DNA of 64,000 nucleotides from Cystobasidiomycetes sp. EMM_F5 (Eukaryota), in assembly GCA_051047955.1 (NCBI GenBank), contig JBPGPT010000026.1, forward strand, positions 1 through 64,000. The letters run 5' to 3'. Of the stretch, positions 49,711 through 62,090 are shown piece by piece. How positions within the stretch are numbered: the stretch's first letter is position 1; the number at the start of each line of letters is the position of its first letter. The position numbers and the translations under genes were made by a program. A model generated the notes under the pieces. It searched no databases, had not been told where the DNA came from, and worked only from the letters and a program-made list of their open reading frames with translations.

Positions 49711-49971
49711 GGCAGCCTTGTTGTCGGTCTTGGGCACAATGGATACATTGGACGTGCGGGTGCTTTGTAGGTGTATTTCAGGTTTATCAGCGCGTCAGGA
49801 CAGAGTAGTAGGCAGTATTTGAGTATTCTACAGAGTATCAGGATGCAAGGAGGGATTCAAAGATTGAAACTCGTCTCCAACTGATCAACACATCGATGAC
49901 TGAATATCCACAAACACATGCTCAACTGTTGACTGGCTGTCTCGACGGCCTCATACCGCTGTCCTGGAATC

Positions 49972-51106
49972 ATGTCAAGTGATGCAGGTGCAGCAATGGC
50001 ATCAAATAGCAACCAGCATGACCCAGGGCAGCAAGCCAACGTCGAGCCTGCCGGTGCTGCTACCTTGATGTCGTCCTTCTTTCCTTCCCCTCCCGCTTCC
50101 TTTTCAAACTACACCTCTGCCAATATCGCTCTCGCGAAGCGCTTGATAGCGCATCCAGATTATGACGCCAGATTAGCCAGCGACACTACCCCGACATGGC
50201 AAGAGCAGCAGAGGAGTATCCTGGGACAACTCAACGTCGCCTCGGAAGTCATCACATCTGTGCAGGATGTCGACCTCCGGACTCTGGTAGAACCGCCAGA
50301 TGTATCATTGATAGAGGAGCAAGGTCACTGGATGGCATTCGGACAAGTTTGGCCGGTGAGTCCTAGTCAAGGTATGCAACGGCTTCATAGTACGACTGCT
50401 CATCGTAAGCTATCGCTTCCAGGTCCACGAATCCCTACCGAGCCTTCAAGAAATGTCTGTAAAGCAGCTCTATCCCGATTCATCATATACGAGCGCAGCA
50501 GGACGGAGAGCTGCACTCCAATCACTCCTTCACACGCTTCTCTTGACCTATCTCCAACTCCTATCCATCCTGCTCAAAGGTCCTCCTTCGCTTCAAGCTG
50601 AACAAAAGGCAATGCAACAAGAGCAAGACAGACTCAGGCAAGAATACGAAGACCGGCAACAGCGTGGACAAGAAACTGCGCCTATCCCAGAGGAGCAGTC
50701 GCAAGATCATCAGCCAATAGCGACAGAAGCCGATCGCGCTCTAGATCATATCCGATTGTGCGCCATCAACATCCATCATCTCTGTAACGAGTGGAGACCG
50801 ATACAGGCAAGAGAGACGCTCAAGCTACTCATGCGCAACCAGATGGAGGATAGAAGGATTCGTACAGAGCAGCTCAGAAAAGCCAGTCAGCAGGCCGGGG
50901 ATCAATTGGCATCATTAAAGACTATGTTGAAAGGCAAGCAGCGAGGTAGCTCGGAGACAGCTGTGCAACCCGAAACCAAACCAATTGCAACAGCAGTGGA
51001 TTTTGAAGAGCAAGATCCTCGAAGAGAGACGGATAAATCCAGAGCCATCAAACAGGTTGCAAGGCAAAGAATGCTCAATCTGCTTGTTGATTTAGATGCA
51101 GGGTAG
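49972..51106 (+). CDS. MED7: Mediator subunit 7
   Basis: FFPSPP, FGQVW, VKQLYP, LQSLLHTLLLTYLQLL and INIHHLCNEWRPIQARETLKLLMRNQ. Confidence 0.92.
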
Positions 51107-51179
51107 AGACGTGAAGTCCTTGCCCCTAACGAAATATCTGTTATTGACAGCGCGGATGCTGCTTTTTCTCCTCCCTTGC

Positions 51180-52185
51180 TTATCGCTTCTTCTGTGCGAC
51201 CGCTGCCGCTCGTGCAGCAGCAGCCCTGCCCTTTTCGCTCCTGCTTCCGATATTCTTCCTTCGCAGCTTGTGCATGTGCGACATGAGACCGAGAAGAGCT
51301 TGTGACGTGGGCAGAGCGTAAGTACTTGCGGTACCGCAAAGCGTTAGATTTACCCACCTATTGGCCAGACACACAGCAGCACAATGAGAGCAAGAGCTCC
51401 TTCCTGCCCGTACTTGCGCTTGACGTGGGGTAGGGCATAGTACATGAGTGCAAACTCGCTGCCTGCTCCGACTGGGTACAGGATGTAGAAGAGGGTATAC
51501 CTGTGACAGTAGCCGGGGAGACATAGCGTGAGGAGACTTCCTTCTCTGCACGGAGCTCGGACTCACCTCAACCACTCGAGCGGAGCCAGCTTGAGGCCAA
51601 TGAGGGAGAAGGTGTACGTTGTATACTTTATAATTTCGGCTATCGACCAGGCCGAGACCATTGTCGTAAAGAAGGGGCTATCTCTTACGTGGGGCACCTG
51701 TACGAGAACACCCCATACGAGGACGATACGACTAAAGACTTGAGCAGTCACAGTCCCGGTTCCGGATCTCGTAATGCCGAAGAGGGCGTGGAATATTTCA
51801 AAGATTGCGCCAGTCTGTATGAATCGCGTAAGGTCTCCCACGTCGTCGTACATGGTCTTTGAACGGTCCAGCAGAGCAGGCCATAGATGGCCCAGTGAGG
51901 TATTTCCGAGCAGACTGGCGAGTGAACCGGGAGCAGACGACGGCGAGCGGAGATGGTCGTAGACGCGGTAGAGTAGATACGACCATGATGCTGCTGATCC
52001 GAGGTTGTAGAGGATCAGGTAGAAGCGAGAAAAAGCTGGCAATGTGGATATTGATTCAGCATTGGTAACCATCTGGACGACACTCAAGGCGTCCAAGCGA
52101 GCAGCAAAGAATAATGAGACACACCAGACGGCGATGGTCGCGGTTGGTGGACTCTGGCGCTGCCCGGTCGCGACGCTGCGTCCAT
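51180..52185 (-). CDS. PHS1: Very-long-chain 3-hydroxyacyl-CoA dehydratase (PTPLA family)
   Basis: YLILYN, IQTGAIFEIFHALFG, QVFSRIVLVWGV, AWSIAEIIKY, WLR|YTLFYILYPVG and basic C-terminus. Confidence 0.92.
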
Positions 52186-53083
52186 GGCTGCACTTGTGTT
52201 GATGGCAGACGAGAACAGAACGGCGAGCACATCTTCAAATGTCTAATCAGGCAGAGAGAAGAGACGTAGAATAACACAATTGCAGGGACCACATCAATTA
52301 TTACGTAACAAAGATGATATTCCGCAGCTCAATAGGAAGACTAGCAACGAAGCCATGTCTCCGCTTTCCGATTTTGACGATCCGTACAGTATGAAGCCTG
52401 ATACACAGCAAGAACAGTCAGTGTCGAGCCCCACAATGCCACGAGCTTGTATGGGTATGAGCGTCATCGGAGTGGTGTAATATGTGTTCAGGTTTAAAAG
52501 TTACGTTACGCTGTTTCCTCGTCAATGACAGGTATTCGGGTGCCGTAAAGGCTGCCCGTCCCGCTTACGACAGGGATAGTTGTGTTGTTCATCGTGTGAG
52601 TGGATGGTAGAATAATAGTCCTGGGCGATACTGAGTGCTTGCTTCAAGATACGGAATTTTGCGAAACATGAAATTTCTGTGGGACTTGGATGGCCGGAAT
52701 GAGACGCGGATGAGGAGACCTACACAGCCACGCGTGCAGGTATCGTTCACATCATTGTCTTCTGCTGCTTGTGATCATCATCTTTGCAATCTCGGCTTGT
52801 GATGGAGCAGAGTCAAGCTGCGACCGCAATTTTGCTGGTGAAATATCTCGAAATGCACGCTGCTCGAGCCGGAGCAGCAAAGGCATTGGCTGAGTCTGGG
52901 CACCTCGCAAAGGCTTGTAGGTCTCCGCCAGTGCAGCTCGCTGACAGCTGCCATACCCATCTCGCCAGATCATCAATAATCCGTCTCAAACCGGTCATTC
53001 ACGATGGCCGCTCGACTTTGTTTCCTACTGACTGCCGCTGAGCCCGCGTCGACCATGCACACGGCGAGAACGAAGCGGAAAAC

Positions 53084-55267
53084 ATGAGCGAGTCGGCGTC
53101 CGAGAATGCGACACCTGCTGCCGGTGACATGGAGTCGCACGATAGTACTCACGTCGAGGGCGAGGTAATCGCCAAAGATGGAAGCGCCGTAGCCAGCGAG
53201 AATTTAAAGAAAGCCGTACTTGCAAGCGATAGCGAAGACGATAGAGATGTGGATGGAGGTGGGAATGATCTATTCGACCTCGATGCAATGCTCAACCAGG
53301 CCATGGGAGCGACTGTCAACGATCAAGCTATGGTGACAACAGAAGACCTCTCTCAACCGCACGACTCACCATCCGACTCGGATGACGATGACAATCAGGA
53401 CTTTGCATTCGATCTAGACGCAGCACTACAAGACGCCATGGCGCAAAGCGGGCAGAACGATGCGACCGAGGGATCTGGAATCGAAACGGGTAACCTTCAG
53501 CCTGCATATGACGAGGACCATGACGTTGGTCGTTCGGAGGATGAAGATGATGAGGACGAAGATGTAGGCTTTGATTTGGATGCCGCCGTGGCAGCTGCGA
53601 TGCAAGCTCCAGAAACTGGACATGGTGATAGCGACCGGGACATGGATCAGGACGATACCGATGAGGACGACCAAGATGACGAGCAAGACTTCAATCTGGA
53701 CGAGCAGATTGGCGCTGCAATGTCCAATCTCGTCACGGATGCCGATGGCATCACAGACCTGGAAATGCCCATTGATCAACTAGGCGACCATACGCCTTTA
53801 CAGTCTGTAGATCCTGGCATCACGTCGGACGAGCTTCAAGCCATGCTACAGTCAGCAATGCGCCAAGCGCAAAAAGAAGTAGCTTTGGAAACCGAAGATC
53901 AAGCCCGTGCTCGCGCATTGGACCACGACGATTTTGACATTGACTTTGATAGCCTTGTCACTCCGTTAGCTGGCACGTTCAATTTGCCTGCAAAGCCAAA
54001 GCGGAGACCGCAATTGGTTGACGATGGCGATCCTGATAATGCATTCAATCTGTCAAGGCGAGCAAATTCTCACGCTCTATCCGTGGCATACGCTTGTGAC
54101 TTTGGCGGATGTGGCTATGTGGTAGGTATAAAGCTTTGCAAAAGATCCAGCTGTGGTGCTGATGATCTTACATTACAGTTTGCCAGACCCGACAATTTCC
54201 AAATTCACCGAGCGACTCACAATCATACCAAACCGTTTGAGTGCTCCACCTGTCGTCTTAGATTTACAGAGCCATCGCATCTTCGCTTTCATCGACGCAC
54301 GCATGACCCTTCGCGACGGTGGCAGTACCGCTGCACGTCTTGTCACAACCTCTTTACGGAACGAGCGGCATTCGACGCGCACCTTACATCGCAGTATGCT
54401 CAAGAGTCGTGCAAGCTCAACCAGCAATGTGAGCTTCAGGTGCTACATCCTGATGCTCCCGGCACGGGAGGTGAAGCCTGTGCTACAAAAGTGACTGCTC
54501 TGGCGGGTCTTGCGGTCCACCGTGGCACGTTCGAGCCGAATAACCCGCCCTTCTTTGTAAAGACGCCCTTCAGCGACGCTGCTCTATTTTCTGCAACTGC
54601 GACTGAACAGCTTGCAAGCAACATAGCACGGCAGTACGACCGCCAAGCTGCCTTGCTTGGACCTGATGATCCACCACTTGATATAGCTGCCGCCCTACTT
54701 TCGACAGTGAAGAAGGCCAACTTGACGCAAAAGGAGACTGCAGCTCTGGTAGTATTGCTGGCGGGCGTCGCACATGCTCGCGATGGAGGGCTCAAGGCTT
54801 CCATGGAGATGGCCAGACGGACGCAACTTGACGTCATGCGTCGCGTCGTCAAGGAGACTCACAGACAACAAGAGGAGCGTGTACGATCCGCTCATCTCTA
54901 CGCAGCGGAAGCCAAACGCAAGACTATGCTCACACAGGAACGGCACCGGAAAGCAGCAATTGCAGAACAACAGCGTCTTGCTCAGTTGCGTAAGGACCAG
55001 AACAAAGGAGCTACGTCCACAGACGGCTCTCGTCATTCTCGAGCTACTTCGCCCGGCTCTGTTCCACAGAGCAGGCAGTCAAGCATCAGCAATACGGGTT
55101 CCGAGGATATACCAGTTCCACAGTTTCTTGGAGGTTCCCTTAACCATCCAGGTAGATCAAAGATGCCTAATGTGGGCAGCTTTGTTTCGCCTTACAAGAC
55201 ATCAAGGCAGTCCAGATTCGTTGATAAAGCCAATACCGATATCATCGTACCGCAAATGGGGCCTTGA
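53084..55267 (+). CDS. C2H2 zinc-finger transcription factor with an acidic, repetitive N-terminus
   Basis: YACDFGGC..FARPDNFQIHRATH, KPFECSTCRLRFTEPSHLRFHRRTH and YRCTSCHNLF...H. A probable in-frame intron lies near 54115-54178. Confidence 0.85.
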   Translation: MSESASENATPAAGDMESHDSTHVEGEVIAKDGSAVASENLKKAVLASDSEDDRDVDGGGNDLFDLDAMLNQAMGATVNDQAMVTTEDLSQPHDSPSDSDDDDNQDFAFDLDAALQDAMAQSGQNDATEGSGIETGNLQPAYDEDHDVGRSEDEDDEDEDVGFDLDAAVAAAMQAPETGHGDSDRDMDQDDTDEDDQDDEQDFNLDEQIGAAMSNLVTDADGITDLEMPIDQLGDHTPLQSVDPGITSDELQAMLQSAMRQAQKEVALETEDQARARALDHDDFDIDFDSLVTPLAGTFNLPAKPKRRPQLVDDGDPDNAFNLSRRANSHALSVAYACDFGGCGYVVGIKLCKRSSCGADDLTLQFARPDNFQIHRATHNHTKPFECSTCRLRFTEPSHLRFHRRTHDPSRRWQYRCTSCHNLFTERAAFDAHLTSQYAQESCKLNQQCELQVLHPDAPGTGGEACATKVTALAGLAVHRGTFEPNNPPFFVKTPFSDAALFSATATEQLASNIARQYDRQAALLGPDDPPLDIAAALLSTVKKANLTQKETAALVVLLAGVAHARDGGLKASMEMARRTQLDVMRRVVKETHRQQEERVRSAHLYAAEAKRKTMLTQERHRKAAIAEQQRLAQLRKDQNKGATSTDGSRHSRATSPGSVPQSRQSSISNTGSEDIPVPQFLGGSLNHPGRSKMPNVGSFVSPYKTSRQSRFVDKANTDIIVPQMGP

Positions 55268-55490
55268 ATTTCCTCGCACGCGACTTTTTTATGTGTCCGC
55301 ATCATCACAGTGCCTTAGCATCCATTGTAGCATATTCACCATTGCAGCTAGTATAACCTTTGCTGTCGTACAAACAGATTATCGTGTGCAGGAGCTCACA
55401 ATCCTCTGCGTCCACCGTACATGCACGTACTGCGCTGTTCTCCAATTCAGTCTCAATATACATACAGACATGCACTCTTCATGCTAACAG

Positions 55491-56213
55491 TCAGAACATG
55501 TCGAAGTCTTCTGCGCTTGAACCGAAATATGCCATGCTCGCGCTTGTCGGATCTTGAGTGTCCATGAAGAGGTTGAGGTATGCCGCGAGCCAAGGGCTTT
55601 TAGGTGTCTTGACCTTGCCATTGTGGTGCTTTATACGAATGATGAAGTTTGCTAGCACGGCGGCGAAGAGCAGCACACATATCGCTGTTGGGCCATACAG
55701 CTCGTCTACAAGCGCCAACGTTAGCTATGCCTTGAGGAAAGGCGACGATAGAGCACACTGACCAAAGTTGCCCGCATAAGTCGTTCGGATTCTGTGTGAC
55801 CGCCTTTGAAACATTGCCCACGCGTACACGACCTGTAGGATCCACGCTCAGCAAAACGGTATTACCAAGTTGACTCCGGACGGCATTGATCAAGACACAC
55901 GGCGAGGATGCTTATGAGCGCATAGACTATTCCCATTTGTCGTCCAATCTTGTCGCCGCCATTGAACAGAGCCAAGGCGAAACTGCCTAGCAAGAGGGCT
56001 ACACGGAGCCATGAGAAGAATGTTCGTTCGCTGGCCAGAAAGACCTGCAACGAATCAGTCAACTGAATGGTCTCATTGCGTACGGGGTAGCCATACTTTC
56101 GGCTCGACTTTGGTCTGCGTAGTCTCTGTCGGCTTTGACGCTTCTCGACGGACTGAAGACGCAGGCCCATTTCCGCTCTGCGCGGTCGCACCATACGAAG
56201 GCCTGTCCGTCAT
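55491..56213 (-). CDS. DUF202 / vacuolar transporter chaperone Vtc1-like protein
   Basis: KVEPKV|FLASERTFFSWLRVALLLG, three TM helices and DELYGPTAICVLLFAAVLANF. Confidence 0.85.
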
Positions 56214-56427
56214 GTTGCCGGACGCAATGTTCAGACTTGAATGAGATACAAATGCAAAGCAACACCTTGTCGGAGCAACTGTCATAGCAACGATCGAGCT
56301 CGACAGGCAACGTGCGCACAGACCTTCGAGTGCAAGAACTGGCGAAAGTCAAGGTCTACCCTGCTTCATCCGCTTACTAGACCATATTTGTCTTGGAAGG
56401 CCGAACAAGTGTTCAGCTGCACCGCTT

Positions 56428-57290
56428 TCATGCTTTGGATGACGGGGACGAGACCGCAACGCTTGAACGCATGCATAAATGCACATCACTAACACCCTCC
56501 CCCTGATAGAAGCTCCTGATAGCTTGTGGAAGCGCTTCCATAGTAACAGCCAGTTCGAAACCGTTCCAGTATTGGGACAGAATGCCCCGCAAAGGCTGCG
56601 ATACGAACGCAATAAAGGTATCGATGGGCAAAACATATTCCACCATGACTTCCGAAACTTTGATATTGGCGTGACCTGCGTGCTCCAGTACGGTGTGGAT
56701 AAAGTGCGTATTATTCCACCGACTGCCGTAGCGCATTTCTGCCTCAAATTCGGTAGAAGTGGGCAGACAGGGAGCTCCGGGCACAGTCGTTAGAATATCG
56801 CGCAAGACCTGATTCCAGCCGTCTTTAGGACGCGTTGTGGTCTCAATTGCTTCGTTGATCTGAAAAGCTCTCTTGATGTCTGAAGACACATCTCAGTTCG
56901 ATGCCGAATAATCATTTTAGTGCTTACCAGCAAGCGTCATCGGTTTACAATGATCAAAGTGGACCGCAGAAGTTGCTAACACGTGTAGATACTGGCAGTC
57001 TGGTAGTTTGCTTAGCGTTGCATCGTGTCGTCAATCCACGAGAGCTTACTATCACTGCCATCTGGCAGGGCGGCATCAGCCATCATCACGTGAAAGAGAT
57101 TGCTAGAGTCGCTGCGCTTGAACAGTACGTCGGTAGCTGGACTTTCTCCGTAAGCATCGCCGATGATCCGCAGGGGTCTATTCGGACTGGTTGTCGTGCC
57201 GCTCAAAGCGGTCTGGCAGAAAATACGAGCAACCAGTAGGCCTCATCAAGCTTGCTGACGACAAATTTAGTACAAGGTCTTACTCACTGA
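56428..57290 (-). pseudogene. Decayed tandem paralogue of the adjacent SAM methyltransferase
   Basis: PLRIIGDAYGESPATDVL vs ELKILDNACGNGIVTETL; LPDCQYLHVL vs FKDGQFTHVV; GWNQVLRDILTTVPGA vs GWMDAMQEILHTIPEA. Same intron position. The 5' part has stops and a frameshift near 57010. Confidence 0.7.
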
Positions 57291-57999
57291 AGCTATGCTA
57301 GGGAGATTTATCTCAAACCGTGCATAGTTTACGGGGTGGCGGTGGCCCGCGCTATTTCGCGGACGAGGCGAGATAGGAGGCACACACGGGACCGTGTTGA
57401 CGAGAGGCGGTAAGAAGTCCATATGGCAGGTGGTGGACAGACCGATCGCTGGTCCAAATCTTCACATCCGGGCATTTGTGACTTGCGACTGCCCCCGTAT
57501 AACCTATCGCCAGTCAGACGGTCAAAGCAAGCGTGCCCAGCCTAGCTGTCGCACATCGCTGCTGTTCTACGTCAGAATAAGTACATAAATGTTGTTCGTT
57601 TCTTGCTGCCCTACATCTCAGGCGGTGCGCACGGTTTGGCCACTTAGAAGACATTCATAAAGCCGGATATCGTTGACGTCTGACTGTCGCTATTTTTCTT
57701 CATCAATGAGCTTACGACCATTGATCGGATTGTGTGCAAACCAGCTCTACAAGCAATAGGCGGAGGTGCTGGAATAAATAGTCTAATGAGTGAGAAGGCA
57801 GGTCAAGTTAGACGTGAGTGGGTTCGGAGCGCGAGAACTGTAATCATGTAAGGAGTGACAGAGTGGACAGCACGTTCGGAATGGAAGCATGGGTCAGTGC
57901 TACTTTTAATCGCATGTTCCGAATTTCTCTGAATACTTTGAGATCATATACGCAGGCGATCCCAAACATTCGTTCCCACCGTTCTGCTCCTGCTCGCTA

Positions 58000-58997
58000 C
58001 TAAGTTCTAGGCTTCCGCGAAATCGCAATGATGGCATGCATAATGATCTTGCTTTCTGGGTTATTCGCATAGAAAGTCCTGATCCCGTCTGGTAGCTTGC
58101 TCATGTTGAAGTTGACTTGTTCCTCCGTCCAGAAGTTTCGTACGATGCCATTCATCATCGGACCCGTTGCAAGTTTGATGAAATCGTCTACTGGAAAGGT
58201 ATGAGCAGTCGATAGCTCTGATACATCTACATCGACAAAGCCTGCGTTTTGCATTGCAGTCTGTACGAAGTCTACGCGCTGCCAGAGGTTCCCATGCTGC
58301 AGGATTGCGAAGATGTCATCAAACGAGGGCAGCAGAGTGGCTTCAGGGATTGTATGAAGGATTTCCTGCATAGCATCCACCCAACCTGGTCGGAGCCAAG
58401 TTGTAAAGGCATTGACTCCGCCTGGTTCGAGAACACGACGGATCTCTGCAGAGTTATAACAGTCAGTGCCGCGTATTTTGCATAGTCAATCGCATCACCA
58501 ACCACTCAGCGTCTTTGTTGCATTTGGGGCAAACATCACACCAAAATTTGTCACGACATGCGTAAATTGCCCATCTTTGAAGTCCTTCATGTCTTGCATG
58601 TCTGCAATCACTGTTGTAGCGGATTTCCAGCCGTTAGACTCGACGCGGGCTTTGGCCTGTTCTATCATTGATGGACTGAAGTCGGCCAATACGATGTCCC
58701 ACGATGCCGTATCAGCAGCGGTAGACTTGAGGAGGGTTTCGGTAACGATGCCGTTTCCGCAGGCATTGTCAAGTATTTTCAACTCTGCCGCGCCGACGAC
58801 ATCAAGAAGTCCACAGCGTTTGAGCTGTACGTGATGACAATTACCGTCACACCCGAAGCAAGCGAAGCCACATGTTAACGCACCATGGCCGTTGCTGGAA
58901 CCACAGTGATATCTTCGAACCTGGCGTAGTCCTTGCCGACATTCTTGTCGGACTGCCAGTATGCATTCAAGCCCGGTGCCTCTGCTTGAGTCGACAT
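58000..58997 (-). CDS. Class I SAM-dependent methyltransferase (Methyltransf_11/25-like)
   Basis: KILDNACGNG (motif I), LADFSPSMIE, ADMQDM..FKDGQFTHV, NFGVMF, RRVLEPGG and AFTTW. ATG at 58997 is inferred. Confidence 0.9.
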
Positions 58998-59473
58998 CTT
59001 GATGCGCGCAGTAGGTGTTGGTTAAAAACAAGATGTCGACGGGTGTAAAGCGGCGGTCGTCGCATAAAACAATCTCGCGACTCGCACGGTCGTCGAGCAC
59101 CACGGTGGGCCCGGGGCTAACGCGGGGTCCCGGCTTTAGCCGTAAAGACGGCTGACCATCAGCTGAAGCGACATCGCGGACATGTGTACTGCGTTGGAAG
59201 ACTCGAATAAGGACGCGCAGTCTCTCTTTTATGGTTCTCCGCAGTTTTGGACTGAAGCCAGTCTTCTTAGGCGTCAACTGAATTCAGTATGATTCCGGCG
59301 AGGCGAAGCAGTACTCGCTAAGGCTAATTAACAGAAGTTGCGTTACTCGCAACGACTCCGCTCATAGCTCAGCGCGCCAACGCAAAACACAACTGATTCT
59401 GACCTCCAACATCAATATTGCACGAGATAACGTACCACTGTGGAATAAGCACTCTGATGCCGTCAATGATTCA

Positions 59474-62016
59474 ATGAGTCAATTGATCGTGTCTGTCCAT
59501 GGCAAGCTTAGCGTACGAGAGTGGAAGAATGCCGTGATGGCCAAATCTCACGAATGCTCCCTTTGGGCCAAGGGCGGCAACCGCAGTCCTTTCATTGCTG
59601 AAGCGCAAGCCCTCCTACAGCACGACACATACATTCCGACTAGAGTCAGTCTTTTCAGTCTTAATTTTACTTGTCTTGACGGAAATCGGGAAAAACCTTT
59701 ACAATGTTGGCGGGCTCGACGCCTTTCCTGACTTCTGCCATCCCGCTGTCTTCAAGGAAATTTCACCTTCCCTCACACCCAAAATACCGTATAGAGCAGG
59801 ATGGCATCTTTACAGTCGTCACGCGTACTGCTCCGCTTCCCCTACGAAAATCTTTCGCAGCCTTGATGTACAGGTGGATCCGAGGACAGTCGAAATGGAC
59901 ACCTCTGGTGGCCAGCTTCATGAAGTTGCTCATTCTTCAAAATCCGCTTCGCTGCTTCGTCTTCGTCATTGGGAAGATGGTGTCGTCCTTGATGGACACC
60001 TTTAGTCTGTGGACAGATACTCAACTCGAAATGACGGTAAGATCAACCCGCTCGCCACGATGGCAGCGCCTGATGACAATGTACTCATTCTAGGTAGAGC
60101 AAGCAGTACATCGGAAAGCTGCCCATACGAGCTCGATGACAGCTTATGCTCTATGGAACGTATTGTCGAACAGCTTTCGCCCGAAAATCGATGCGCTTTT
60201 CGTACACAACGAGGGAGTGTTGTCGTCCGCATTCGACCTCAAAGTCCGTAAACTGCTAATACATAAGCGAAGCGGATTGGATCTTGTGTCTCTCCGCGAT
60301 CCTGTAACACAAGGAGCCTTCGCGCAAGCTAATAATCTGCAAGCCATCGATGTTGCGTCACACTGTGTGAACATACTCACCAATACATTCGGAGTATGGA
60401 CGCAAATCAAACTTTGGTGCGCATTGTCGCGCTCATCCCGCCTCACTACGAATGCGTCTATGCGCATATTCGCTCTGGCGGCTACGGCCGTGCAGTACTT
60501 TCGGTGGTTCTACATGCCATCAATAAACGAACGCAGCAGGGCAACACTACCTGCCTTCCAAAGGCTTAACGAACTCTGGGCTTTAAGCTGTCAGGCGGAA
60601 GAACCGCACTCCAGCGCCGAGTTAAAATTACTGAACTTGGGAGACTACATTTGCCGTCAGTATGACCTCGCTCAGCAGGGCCTAGGCAATACGGCATTCA
60701 TACGAAGTCGTGCACGGCCTCATTTACACTTTGCGCTGGACGTCTTCTCGCATGCGTGGCCAGTCGCAATGCGGTGCGCTTTTGCCTTACAGGCTCTACG
60801 AAGTCCGCAGTCAGCTGGCAGCATCGCACAGTTATCAGTAACCATTCTGTGCGCCCGGAAGATCTCCAATACTTTGTCAAACCTCATTTCCGCCATCGAC
60901 GATGTCCGAGTTGATTGCGCCCGCATTCGTGCATTCTACCAGGTTATGGAGGTACGAGCCACAACAAACGAACCAGAGGAGCCACTTGCGTATGAAGCCA
61001 TGCATGGGCCGCTTGGACAGGGTATGCGACTCGAGTTTCGCGATGTCTGTTTTGGCTACAACGGGGCGAACGGACCTCTTGCGCTGCGAAACTTGTCATT
61101 CATCCTGCCTGCGGGAGGTCTCGTTTGCGTAGTCGGCGGTAATGGTGCTGGCAAATCCACCCTGATCAAGCTCCTCAGTCAGCTACACCAGCCTACTTCA
61201 GGCCAAATCTTCGTTAATGGGAAAAATGCCTTGCTCTACTCTAGTGACACCTTGCGATCAGTCATGGCTGTGCAGTTACAGACCTGTCCCATCAGTCACC
61301 TGACGATAGCAGAGTATATTGCTTTGGGGTCAGCAGCGCAGCATCCACAAAAGGAAGTAGACACTGAAGCCGTCGAACACGCTCTTCGGACAGCGAATGC
61401 TCTGCATATCGTAGAGCGCCTTGACAAGGGAATTCATTCGCGACTTGGGCCGTTTCCACCTCGAGCTACGCCGAGACAAATTCTGGCAGATGCGCTATTG
61501 ACGGACGAGAATGCCGAAGATGAGTGGTCGACGTCCGAGAGTCTAGGCGCCGCCCAGCCTGCTAATATCGCGACGACTTCAGACAAGCGCGATACAACCT
61601 ACAGCTGCACCTTTAGCGGAGGCGAATGGGCGCGACTGCACTTCGCGCGCACCTTGATGCGTAAAGCAGACTTCCGAATCTTCGACGAACCGGCAGCCGC
61701 GCTCGATCCCGTTGCTGCAGAGACGGTATTTTCGAACATTGACAGTCTTCGAGGGCATCAGACCATTGTCCATATCACGCACAACATCCGGTCGACAATG
61801 TCTGCGGATCTCATCTTGTGTCTCAACAATGGCGAGATCGTCGAACAAGGCAGTCATGGTGATCTCATGCGAGTGGAAGGCGGTTTCTACCGGAAATTGG
61901 CGCTCGCTCAGATGCCAGATTTGCTTGCGGAAGGCAGAACACCTCTGTCGACTCCGAGCGAGATAGGGTCCGTTGGGTCGGAAGACTCAGGCTTCTTTAG
62001 CATAAGCAAGGATTGA
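59474..62016 (+). CDS. Half-size ABC protein (degenerate TMD plus NBD), HlyB/MsbA-like
   Basis: LEFRDVCFGY, Walker A GGNGAGKST, signature FSGGE, Walker B IFDEP, H-loop ITH and IVEQGSHGDLM. The start and first intron are uncertain. Confidence 0.85.
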
Positions 62017-62090
62017 GGACTTCATCGACCCGAATGCAGCATCGTTCCGGAAACTTCCAGCCAGAATTGAAGCAATCGAAACATCTCATG

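Noticed and set aside
2148..56213. Apparent cluster of trafficking genes (NHX1, VPS39, DENND6-like, Sec2-like, VTC1-like)
   Set aside because: Spread over more than 50 kb among unrelated genes in a large functional class; consistent with chance.
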